Shown piece by piece: positions 50,998 to 62,167 of a DNA stretch of 64,000 nucleotides (the first letter of the stretch is position 1; each line of letters starts with the position of its first letter). Location of the stretch: assembly GCA_965603825.1 (NCBI GenBank), contig CBFDEM010000009.1:372001-436000 (forward strand). The letters run 5' to 3'. A model generated the notes under the pieces. It had not been told where the DNA came from, did no database searches, and saw only the letters and a program-made list of their open reading frames with translations. Source of the DNA: Blepharisma stoltei ATCC 30299 (lineage: Eukaryota; Protista; Ciliophora). The translations under genes and the position numbers were made by a program.

Positions 50998-53556
50998 ATG
51001 GAATCATTAGACCAGATTTGGGAAGAGCTTCACAGCCATAATGCCGCTGAAATGATTATCCCTTTAGACTCTCCAATAATGCTACCAAACCCCTACTCCA
51101 ACGAAGAATATTCCCTCACACATTATTTTCAACAATCCACAAATGCTTTTATAGGAAAAGACCTCGGAAACAACCAATTTCACATAAAAATTTTACCATG
51201 CTCTTCTTTTGACCATGTAAAAATTATCCATCACAACCTTAAGCTGCTGCGGCAAAACAGCCAGGCATTAAAACTGGTAGAAATCAAAGACATTTTTGAG
51301 TACAAAGAAGAAGGATATTGAATGGTAATCATCGTTAACGAGCTATTAGACGGTTATTCATTAGATGAGTTCACTAATTTAATAGCTCAGCATGAAATCC
51401 AAAGCTCTTTATCTAAAGACACCTGCATATGAGTATTCCTTACTATTCTAGATATAATAGAAGAAGCCGATAAAGTTGGGATTTTACTAGGAAGTTTGCT
51501 ACCAGACAGTATCATTATTTATAAAAATCCTGATGAAAAAAATAACCCTTATGGAGTAAAAATTTCTGTGACTAGCAAGCATCCTTTATTTTGCGGAAAA
51601 TCAAAATTGGAGCATTTGTACCCGCCTCAAGCCAAAAGAAATTTAATTGATGGAGAAATTTGGGGTGCTGGAATTTCATTGTATACACTTATAGGGGTAA
51701 AAAAACTTAATGAAATTCCGCCACTGAGAGAGCTAGATGAAGAAGCTAGGTCTGGGCAGTTACCGATAAAATTTAACGACCCAGCACTAGAACACATATT
51801 AAAAAGGACTTTTAAAGATTCTAACGCCCAATCAATTTTCACACACAGCTTTGTAAAAGTCTGAAAAGGGCTTTTTAACAATGACCCAAGCCTAATCGAG
51901 CCTATTTCTTTTAATGAGCTTCACGTCCTTAATTCTGGCCTATTATTTGATTCAGAGCTAGCTCGGTCTCTCAGCATTAAAAAAATCCTTGAAATCGGAA
52001 TTGAAAACAGTTCTCAAACCTGCCAGTATCTTAATAAATACGAAATCCTCAACCATTTCTTAAAACTCTGCATAAGTTTTGACTGAAGCAACCATTTAAA
52101 TCTGCTTGACTCTCTTTTTCTGATATCTGGGAACAAGCTATCAAGCCAGACCTTTAAAGAATTTTTGACAGAAATCGGCTTTCTTTCCTTAATGCCTTTA
52201 ACAATGGCTCAGGAAGTCAACCAATACACAATTAGCAAGTTTGTAGAAAATTTCATAGGAAATAACACCCTGACAATGCTGCAAATAATAAAAGACTGCA
52301 GGATGGCTGATAAGATTTTGACCAAAGCTACATGGAGAAGAGAAAATCCAAAGCATGAAGAAGACGAAAAATTCATTAGGTCGACCATGCCTTTTTATGG
52401 ACCAAACTCTATTGAAATTATTGAGTCTGCGTACAATATTTTGGGAATGAACGAAATTGCGACTATTGAAGCTCTACATGAAGTCCCTTTTTATTTTAAG
52501 CTGGAAAACTGTGAAGCACTTATAAAAATGCTGCATGGAGTTGTGAAAAGAGGCTTGAAAAACCAAAAAAATCAAGAAAATATTACCTATATGCTGAAAG
52601 AGGTTGTACTTATATTAGGAGAAATTTTAATCCTGCCGAGTTTACTGCAAAATCACCATGTGAAAGGAGCATGCATAAGCCATGATAAAGAAAAATATTT
52701 TTCGTATTTAGGGAAAAATCCTTTACTTTTAGAATGCTTAGAGTGTGGAGGGTCTTATTGCACAATTTGTTATTTAATTTGTCATAAAAACCATAGGCGG
52801 CGTTTTTTACATTATAACCAGCCTCATTTTAGGTGTTCTTGCACACAAGAGCATGAAGGAAATAACATTGACCCAGCCCAATTTATTTTGCCTGTATATC
52901 GGCAGCAGTTTTCATTTGAGTTATCAGATGGTACAACCCAGACCACAAATAATTTTAAATCAGATGGACATCTAGAAATTAAAACAGCTGAGCCAATTGC
53001 AAATAATTGGAATGAACTGCATAGAGGCGTTGTTGCTTATTTTGAGGTAAAAATATTGAAAGCAGGGAGCAATGAAGATATTACTATAGAGCTTAAAGGT
53101 TCAGGGTTTGCTTATCATAGCTTGACTGGAGTTATTACTAAAGACTCTATAGAAATATCTAAAGGGCCAAGATTTGGGTCATATGATACTGTAGGAATGG
53201 GACTGACGAGCCATCATAAATTATTTGTGACCTTTAATGGGCTTATTGTGCACCCTCTGCTAGATTTTGATAGCATTGTGGAGATCAGGCCATTGGTTGT
53301 TATAAATGGGACAGGGTATGAGATAGAAATTAAGCTAAGAAATTGAATGTTTTGCTCAGCAGAAAATGTAGGGCAAGAAGGATATTCTAATGAACTGTTT
53401 AAGCTGTGTGAGCCGACATTGGAGATGCTTTGTAAACAAATCAATAGATTGAAGAAGAAAAATAGTGATAGCGGCACAGTAACGCTTCATGAAATGTTTA
53501 GAGAAGTTTTGGAGACTTTAAAGAGACCTGCTCTATTGAAAAAATTGAAAAAATAA
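50998..53556 (+). CDS. Pseudokinase-like, helical region, UBR-type zinc finger and SPRY domain protein, 852 aa
   Basis: One frame with five TGA. Kinase-like remnants (IKIL, LYPPQ, EIWGAGISLY); CLEC..CTIC..CH..H..FRCSC; YFEVKI, GPRFGSYDTVGMG, FVTFNG. Confidence 0.8.
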
Positions 53557-53675
53557 TAATTGATAACTTTGGAACTTTAATAATTCTTTATTTTAAAGAT
53601 AGACTAGGTTTTTACAAAAAATGCATTAAATAATAGATTTCATTTAAAAATTAATATCTATTTAATTTAGATACA

Positions 53676-54950
53676 ATGAAAGCAACAATCGGAGTCCCTG
53701 CATTTGCAAAATTCGGCCTTCTCCCAGAGCTCTGTGAGTGCTTAGAGTTGCACGGGATCAAACTTCCTACCCCAATTCAGTCCCAAGTAATCCCGTCAAT
53801 GCTTAAGTTTACAGATCATCACTTAATTGCAGCCCAGACAGGCACAGGCAAAACCCTTGCATATCTTTTACCAATTTTCAATCTTTTAAAGGAACAAGAA
53901 CTTGCCAAACAAAGCATCTTGACTCAGCCCTGCGCTCCAAGAGCTCTTATTGTGGTGCCAAACAGAGAATTGACCAAACAATGTGTCGATGTCATGGGGA
54001 TGCTAAAACACCATGCTAGGCTTAAGGTATTTGGCGTTCACAATGGAAATGCCATGAAAACAGAAAAAAGAGAGCTTAGTGATGGTATTGATATATGTGT
54101 AGGAACTCCTGATAGGCTTGATAAACATTTGCGTATGCGGACATTAGATTTTAGGTACCTAAGTCACATTGTGATTGACGAAGCGGATACTATGGTAGAT
54201 GGAGGGTATGTAGATTTTATTGACCAATACGCCCAAGAAATCAAAAGAACACAAGGAAAAATGAGCTTTGTAGCTGCGACCTTGCCAAGGCTCTTAGAAA
54301 CTGTAATTTCTAAGCATTTTTCTTTTAAGCCAGATGGAAGGCTGCCTTTTATTAAGAAAATCATTGAAGAAAAAACCCATATGAACTTAACACATCTCAG
54401 GCATGAATTTATCCACCTTGGAGAATTCAATAAAAACCCAACCTTGCTCAAGCATGTAGCTGATATTTATCCCTATTTAAAATCAGGTGGCTGTATGGTA
54501 TTTTGCAATACCATCCAAAGCGCGAGGGCTACAGAGTACACCTTAACTGAAAGCGGTTTTAAAGCAGTATCTCTACATGGAGATATCCCACCTAAGAAAC
54601 GTAACGAATTTATCGAGAAATTCAAAGCAAGAGAAGTCCCTATTTTAGTCTGCACAGATTTAGCTTCAAGAGGGCTTGATTTTCCATTTCTCAACTATGT
54701 AATCCAGTATGATTTTCCTCGAACTATCAGTGACTATGTCCACAGAGCAGGGCGAGCTGGAAGAGGTGGAAAACCAGGGACAGTCCTTACCTTTTACCGT
54801 AATAAAGACTATGAAGTCATAAAAGAGCTCCAAAAAAGCTACGACACCAACACCCCACTGAGCATCACAACTTCAGCCTACTCGTTTACTAATAAAGAAG
54901 ATATGAAAAAATTCCCAATTGAGAGGTTTAAAAACACAATTAAGAAATAA
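53676..54950 (+). CDS. DEAD-box RNA helicase (DDX28/RH39-like), 424 aa
   Basis: PTPIQ, AQTGTGKT, PNREL, DEAD, AAT, SRGLD, HRAGRAGR. Confidence 0.93.
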   Translation: MKATIGVPAFAKFGLLPELCECLELHGIKLPTPIQSQVIPSMLKFTDHHLIAAQTGTGKTLAYLLPIFNLLKEQELAKQSILTQPCAPRALIVVPNRELTKQCVDVMGMLKHHARLKVFGVHNGNAMKTEKRELSDGIDICVGTPDRLDKHLRMRTLDFRYLSHIVIDEADTMVDGGYVDFIDQYAQEIKRTQGKMSFVAATLPRLLETVISKHFSFKPDGRLPFIKKIIEEKTHMNLTHLRHEFIHLGEFNKNPTLLKHVADIYPYLKSGGCMVFCNTIQSARATEYTLTESGFKAVSLHGDIPPKKRNEFIEKFKAREVPILVCTDLASRGLDFPFLNYVIQYDFPRTISDYVHRAGRAGRGGKPGTVLTFYRNKDYEVIKELQKSYDTNTPLSITTSAYSFTNKEDMKKFPIERFKNTIKK

Positions 54951-54972
54951 TCATTCAAATATAGTGAATTAC

Positions 54973-55590
54973 TTAACTTTTAATGGCTTGGAAAAGGTTG
55001 GTCCAGTCACCAGGAGTTTCACAGGTTGTTGCGTCAGGGGACCAAATTCCATTGATTAAGTACTGAGGAGTTCCAGTGATACCTCTTGTGAATGCATAAG
55101 TGGTTGAGACTCCAAGATCGTAATAGTAAGCATTGTTGTTTAAGGCGTTGGCAACTTGACCAAATGGAGCACCTGTGGCGGTTTGGGTATCTGTAGCGAG
55201 GTTGCTTTTAATTGTGGCAAGGTTCCAGTAGAGGGCAGTGTCAAGGTACTTGTCTTGGTGGACAAACATCCAGGTTACAAAATCAGTGAAGTTTTGTGGG
55301 TAGTTTAGTTGAATAAATCTTCCTGCTACACCAACAATAAAGGCATAATAATGGTATGGGAGAGGGTGGATGTGAATGACCAGCTGTAGCCAATCTTTAT
55401 TTTGCTGCCAATATTGGAAAAGTCCTGGCCATGCTGCTGCAGAATCTGAACAAAGATGATCATAGAATACTTCAAGAGTATAATTGGTGGTTGTTGGACC
55501 CATAGCAAAGCCATCTGGAGGGGTAGCTATTGGCACCCATTGGGTTGCAGACGCACAAGCAATGATAGTGACTGCTAGAAGCAACTTCAT
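54973..55590 (-). CDS. Secreted DsbA/thioredoxin-fold protein (CxxS)
   Basis: Signal peptide, EVFYDHLCSDS, HPLPYH, GITGTP.YLING. Confidence 0.85.
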   Translation of the reverse strand: MKLLLAVTIIACASATQWVPIATPPDGFAMGPTTTNYTLEVFYDHLCSDSAAAWPGLFQYWQQNKDWLQLVIHIHPLPYHYYAFIVGVAGRFIQLNYPQNFTDFVTWMFVHQDKYLDTALYWNLATIKSNLATDTQTATGAPFGQVANALNNNAYYYDLGVSTTYAFTRGITGTPQYLINGIWSPDATTCETPGDWTNLFQAIKS

Positions 55591-56332
55591 ATTTATTCAC
55601 CATTTCAAGAAGGCGAAAAGTTATATGAAAATTGTGTGGGAGTTAACTAATTTTATCTTAATTTCTTATTAGGTAAGTTTTAATTGTTAGCTGATATTGA
55701 TTTGCATAAAATTTTTGCTTGTAAATTTTATTTATATAAGAATTATTTGAATTTTTCTCTTGACACTTTTAGAAATCCAGGTTTATTAATTTTACTAGTT
55801 TTTTCAGCATATCGTAATATAAAAGTCGAAAAATTTGCGTTTTTGGCTAATTTATATGAAACCTTTTATAGGTTTCCAAGCCTATTCATTTAATTTCTTT
55901 AACGCTCTTTCTTGACATCCTTTTTAAAACCGCAATTGATGCTCTCTATCTTTGCCATTCTTATCAAAACCCAAATACTTTATTAGTCTTCAATATTTGA
56001 TTTTAAAATTTGTTTTAAATCCCTGATTTTGGCAGATAATTAAATTTCTAGCACCTTTGATATCTCGCACATTCTATAAACAAGTTTTTTAACACTCTGA
56101 TACATTGATAACACTTCTTGGCTAAGCTGGAGTATTTTCCATTATTAGAGTTTCAATATATGAAGTCACGATAAGATTTTATACTTATAAATGGCTTCAA
56201 TCTTGGGGTCATTCTATAATTATCCATTATCAGTTTGGCTTTATACAAAAATAAGAACTAATATCTTAACGTTTAGCTATACTGATTATATTTACTTATC
56301 GATTTTAAGCATCTATAACTTGTTGATTAAAA

Positions 56333-58105
56333 ATGGAGAGGTTTAAGAAAAATAGCTATAAAGTTGTATCCGCTAGCGCAGCAGCTATTGAAAATGTAGC
56401 TAAACCTGCCGCAAAGCACTCGACAAAAATAATGATTGAAGGCGCCCAACAGATATTTACAGGAATCAACGGATTCTTTGAAGAAGTCGATAGAGGGACA
56501 CATCGGAAGTTATCATGGCTGTTTAATGGGTTGAAAAAGATGAACCGGGGTGTAGAAAAGCTGACAACCTACAGTCTTGTCGCAAATTACCAAGATACCA
56601 TGAACAATTTAAACATTGTAGAAAGAGGACTCAATGCCCAACAAGAAGATATGGAAAAATACTTTAAAAAAGTTGGCATTGGCATTGATAAAAGTTGGGC
56701 TTTTTCTATTGAAAACAGAGAAACCATTCGAGAAATTTCTGAATTTATTAAGGAAAGCACGAAGGAGTGTAAAAATATTCCATACCATAAAATTTGGCAA
56801 TACTTTATGGCATTCGTTATTGTACAGGAGCGAGCAAGGCATTTATTGTGGAAAGCTGTTATCGTCCCAAGGACTCCTGATATGGCAGCTTCTTTAGAAG
56901 AAATGGCTTATTACAGCCGATATGCAACTGCTATATATGGCAAATATCTTATCAACATTCTGATGGAGAAAAAAGTCCTTGATTTGTTCAAAAAAATAAA
57001 TGATGACCAAATCTTTTTAAGATACTCCAATACAAGCCAACAAGACCTTGCATACTCCCATATAAAATCCCAAAGGTTTTTTCCAGGACATACAATATGT
57101 TTAAACCATACCAGAAAATCCATAATTTTATGCATCAGAGGTACAATGTCAGTTTTTGACTGTATGACTGATCTCAAAGGTGAATATACGTCTCATGACT
57201 ACACTGACCCATTTACAGGCGAAATTAAAGCGACAGGCTCTGTTCATATGGGCATCATGGAATGTGCCAAAAATTTAGCCACCAATCTCAAGCCTCTAAT
57301 TATAGAACAACTTGAAAAATTCCCTGACTACTCCTTAGTAATAGCTGGACATAGTCTAGGAGCTGGCTCCACCGCTTTATTAAGCCTAATCTGGATGTCA
57401 GACCCTGACATTATGAGAAAAGGGTTCAAAGCTTTTGCTTATGCCCCTCCTGCAGTTGTATCAGAAAATCTCAACCATTATCTAAAACAATGTGTCATGA
57501 GCTGCTCACATGGCAATGACCTAGTCGTCAGATGCTCTTTTGGAGCCATAAAAGACGCAGTTGGGATGATCGAGGCGTTTCATAGAAGAGACCGGACTGC
57601 AGGAATAAAAGCTTCTCATATCGTCAATAAAGAAATTTTCAAAGGAACTTATACTGATACAGAAATTTTAGCTGTTTATGAGGACATAAAATCAAATTTC
57701 ACCAACTATAAGCTGCAGCCTCCTGGGCATATTTTTCAGATTTATCATAGGTTAAGGCATAGTGACGCCCAAATTTTGTATGAGACACAAAATTTGGAAA
57801 ATTTGTATGTAGGGGAATTTGTGGAACCGGAGCTGTATTATGAAATTGTGTATGCCAGGACAATGCTGAGTGACCATATGCCGGATTTGTATGAAAAAGG
57901 GCTGAATTTTTTGGTGTATGGGGATGAAAAAAGACAGGAAATTGAGTGTGGGGAGGCCAGTCCTTCGGAAGAGACTCAGGAACCGAATGAAAATGAAGCG
58001 GTTGTGAGTGATGATGAAAGCAATTATCTTGAAGCAGAAAATGAAGAAGTGCAAGTGCAGAGCCAGGAGGAGGCAAAAATTAATGATGACCCTTATTTGA
58101 TGTAA
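56333..58105 (+). CDS. Class 3 lipase (diacylglycerol-lipase-like), 590 aa
   Basis: IRGTMSVFDCMTDL, VHMG, GHSLGAG, NDLVVR, SDHMP. Confidence 0.92.
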   Translation: MERFKKNSYKVVSASAAAIENVAKPAAKHSTKIMIEGAQQIFTGINGFFEEVDRGTHRKLSWLFNGLKKMNRGVEKLTTYSLVANYQDTMNNLNIVERGLNAQQEDMEKYFKKVGIGIDKSWAFSIENRETIREISEFIKESTKECKNIPYHKIWQYFMAFVIVQERARHLLWKAVIVPRTPDMAASLEEMAYYSRYATAIYGKYLINILMEKKVLDLFKKINDDQIFLRYSNTSQQDLAYSHIKSQRFFPGHTICLNHTRKSIILCIRGTMSVFDCMTDLKGEYTSHDYTDPFTGEIKATGSVHMGIMECAKNLATNLKPLIIEQLEKFPDYSLVIAGHSLGAGSTALLSLIWMSDPDIMRKGFKAFAYAPPAVVSENLNHYLKQCVMSCSHGNDLVVRCSFGAIKDAVGMIEAFHRRDRTAGIKASHIVNKEIFKGTYTDTEILAVYEDIKSNFTNYKLQPPGHIFQIYHRLRHSDAQILYETQNLENLYVGEFVEPELYYEIVYARTMLSDHMPDLYEKGLNFLVYGDEKRQEIECGEASPSEETQEPNENEAVVSDDESNYLEAENEEVQVQSQEEAKINDDPYLM

Positions 58106-58217
58106 GTGGTTTCTTTACTTTGATGGAATAATTTATTATTTTTCAATAATTTCTTCAAATTTTTTATTAAAAATCAATTATTTTTTAAAAACCTCTATAT
58201 ATTTATAAGAAAAACTT

Positions 58218-60386
58218 ATGGAAGTCTATACAGGTCATCTCTTTAGGTCTCAGCCTCCTATAGTCAGAATGGGAGGCTACTCTCCACCCAAAATCTCAGT
58301 TAAATCTAAAACAACAGCCCACAGTCTTGCCAGTACAATAGAAGATTCCTCATTTATTGGTCCATTAAAAATCGTAAGAGTTTCCTCTACATCAGGAGAT
58401 CGTCCAATCGCCATAGTTCCTGAAAACCTTGGTCGGACCCAAAGAATCCCAGTACTTTTCAAAGATTTCAAAAAAATCAAACAATTTAAACCTCCTACAA
58501 ACCAGCCAAACGTAATTTTAAGTGAAATAACAGCTGATTTGACCTCATGGAAAAGCTCAACAACACAGCCAAAATTAATCAGACCTAATACAGTCAAATC
58601 AAATTCTGTATCTAAATTTTGCACTGCGAGATTATCTTTAGACAGTCCTCGCTCTAGTACTTTTAAACGCCTAACAATTAGAAGTTCATCATCTACCAAA
58701 AAAGATTTATCTAAAAAAACAAGCAGACTTATCTGAAATCCATCACAACTTCATATGAAACTTCAAAGAGACGGCGAAAACGGCCCAGCTGCACTATTAA
58801 ACACCCAAGCCTTAGAAGAGAAGCTCTATGAAGAATTTCCAGAAAAATTAAATATTTTGCATTATAAAGGAGGATATAGGTCAGGCCAAAGAGAAGGGAC
58901 AGGAAAAATTGAATACGAAAATGGAGACTGGTATGAAGGAAATTGGATGGGGAACATGCGAAACGGAAAAGGGACTTATTTTTATAGTGCTATGCAAGCA
59001 CATTATACAGGATGCTGAAAAGACAATTTAAAGCATGGCCCAGGCGCAATGAAACTCAGAAGTGGCCATGAAATTGAAGGGGACTGAAAAGATGACGTCC
59101 TTCAAGGAGATTTTGTGACTATTTTGTATGCAGAAGGAGGAAAGTACCAAGGATCCATTGTAAATGGTAAAAGAGAAGGAAGAGGGGTTATGATTTATCA
59201 AGGCGCGGCAAGATATGAAGGAGAATGGGTTGCTGATATGAGACAAGGGCTAGGAATGCTGATTTTCCCTAATAAATCTTGATTTGAAGGGAAATTCTAT
59301 ATGGATTATACATGTGGACAAGGCGTTTATGTGATCCCTGAATTCATGCCTAAAGATCAATCAAAGCCACCTCCACCTCCTCCTCCACCCCCTCCTCCCA
59401 AACGCAAAGTTTTTGTATATAATAACAGAAAAGAGCCCCCTCCAGTTGTAATTGACTATGAAGCCCAAAAAAATAAAGCTTTAACACAATATAAATACAG
59501 AATTTTCGGCAAAAAAACAGGCCTGCCGACCTTTGATAATTATCAAATAACCAGCTCTGATGTCATTTTTATGTCTTCTAAAAGTGGAGAAAACATCGGC
59601 GAGTTTCGCTCAGGAAAACTTAATGGCTATGGGATTGCCTTTTATGGTAAATATGCATTATATGAAGGAAATTTCCAAGATGGGCTGAAAAATGGCCCAG
59701 GAAAAATCAGTTATACAGACCCTGACCATGAAGTTTCATGGCTGCCTGAATTTGAAGCTGATTATGAAGGGGAATGGAAAAATGATTTACGAAACGGAAA
59801 AGGGACTATAAGTTGGCCAAATGGAATAAAATATGTAGGAAATTTTAAAAGTGATAGAAGACACAATGTCCTAGGTACGCTTTATTTTTTAAATGGGGAT
59901 ATTTATGAAGGAGAATGGATGGAAGAGCTTATGCATGGCAGAGGAAAATTTACCACACCTGATAAGAGAGAATATAGAGGACGTTTTTTGAACGGGGAGT
60001 TTGGAGGAGAAGGATTTTTGATTTTCCCTAATGGAGATAAATATGAAGGGGAAGTAAAAACAATGCTACCAGAAGGGAGAGGAAAATTATATTTGTTAAA
60101 TGGAAATAAATATAATGGGCAGTTTCATAATGGAATTATGGACGGAAATGGACATATGGAATACACAAATGGAGATGAATATATTGGAGAATGGAATCAA
60201 AACCAAAGAAACGGATTTGGATTGATGAAATACAAAGAAACTGAAGAAGTCTATGAAGGATGGTGGATCCAGGATAAAAGACAAGGACAAGGGACTTTGT
60301 ATAACCACAAAAAAGAAGTCAGGTTTTCAGGCAATTGGTTTGATGACAAAAAGGAAGGAGAAGGTGAAATGATTTTGCAGCTTTAA
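58218..60386 (+). CDS. MORN-repeat protein with a poly-proline linker, 722 aa
   Basis: Many YxGxW/F...GxG repeats, some with TGA at the W position; single frame. Confidence 0.92.
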
Positions 60387-60478
60387 AAAATTAATAATTT
60401 TTATGTATATATAAAAAGAAAAAACTCAATACTTTATTAAATTGTGGGTATAAACAGATATTTTCTATTATAAATATA

Positions 60479-62155
60479 TTAAACAGTGTTAATAAAGCTT
60501 TTCGACTCCCCTTTTATGTCTTTTATGTCTTTTATGTTTTTTCCGTCTTTAACATTTTGCTTCAAAATCCAAATAACTTTATAAATGCTAAAAAAAATAA
60601 TAAAAATCAGCAAAAGAGCAATACCCATTACACAAAAAAGCAGCATGTTTGAAGCCTTCATTTTTATCAAATTACTCCCTGACCATTCGCTAGCATTATG
60701 ATTTACCACAACTGTCCCTTGATCATAAAGAATCATCATCGTTTTATTGTCAAGTTTTTCTGGATAAATGCTAGCATTATATGAAATTACTGAATTTGTG
60801 GCTGAATTATTTTTTTGCCTATAAACTTGGAGGTTCATTGTGATAAATGCATCATCAAAAGGAGAAAAATTGAAGATTGCTCTGAGAGAGATAGTGGTAT
60901 TGGTGTTGTTTATTTGGTATTGATAAGGCTTCATAGGGTCGTTTATGCTTGACGGGTCTTTTAATGTACCTTCTAGATACAAGAAGTTACTGAGCTTCAT
61001 AGTATAGGCTGCAGAATTTGAATTTGAAAATTGGATCTCAAATACAATGTTTCGAGCCACAGTTAGCCCAGAGTTTATGATTTCTACTTCAAAATCAATG
61101 TAAGCAAAGTCGTTCTTTGGGTCGCATTTTGTGGGATCAGAGCTGCAAGCGTACACAGTCCCACCCATATATGCTTCTAAATAAAATGTAGCAGTTTCCA
61201 TTAGAAACTTGGCTGCATTTCATTGTGAAAATATATAAGTATGCATAATTTTTGGATCATTCTGTATTTTCGGCCCAATCCCAACTTCCATTGAAAACAT
61301 TCCTTGTGATACTGCATAGTCTATGAGTGAGCCATCTCCATATATCCCATAAATATCTTTATAAGTCCCAAAATTTACTTGATTTACATACATAGCGTCC
61401 TGAAAAATAGAATACGCAAAGCTAGCACCATTCTTAACAGCATTATAATTTTCTGCTTTATAAGGATGCACATAATTATTCCCATAATTTTCATAATGAA
61501 TTCATGTAGTAATATTTTTATTTTTCACAAATTCTTTTATCAGCTGGGTTTCTACCTCAGAAAAAGGGGAAGCTCCTCGATAATTTTCGTTACAAAAATC
61601 ATTAGAAGACCCATTTTTGGTTTCTCCTCAGGCAAAATCTCAGTTTTTATCTAAATTTACCCCATTGCTAGCCTGATTAGAGCAATTGAAAAATCGGGAA
61701 TTTTTTGTGAAGTTTTTATTTAGAAAAAGACTATCTTCTGAAAGCTTATATGCGTCTACATTAATAACAGGGATAAATCATATATTAGATGACTGTAAAA
61801 TATAGGTCTCGCTGCCTGTTACATTATAATTTTTCGAAAGGCGGTTGATAAGGTAGATTATTTGAACTGTGTTTATAGGGTACAATGCAGTTTGGCTTGC
61901 TGACAATAAAATTCCACCTTTTTCGCTACTAGGCAGTCCAGGTGCTGATAATTTTATAAAATATATTGGTATCCCAGCAGTACTATTCCCAATAGTTCCA
62001 AAACTGGCTAAATTCGGAAATTTATTTGCGGTAAAATTCAGATTTTCTTTTATATCATGCAAACTCGGATAATTATCATATGATTCCCCACTCAGTGTCC
62101 AATTTCAGCTTTTTACAGTCAAAATTAATGCTAAGAATGCTATATATTTTGCCAT
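60479..62155 (-). CDS. M14 zinc-carboxypeptidase-like type I membrane protein with degenerate active site, 558 aa
   Basis: Signal peptide, IGNSTAG, WFIPVINVDAY, GVNLDKNW, YRGASPFSEVET, C-terminal TM. Confidence 0.85.
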
Positions 62156-62167
62156 TTTTGCTTATAA

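Noticed and set aside
55680-56260. Coding-like fragments on the minus strand
   Set aside because: Short frames with stops and no recognisable motif.
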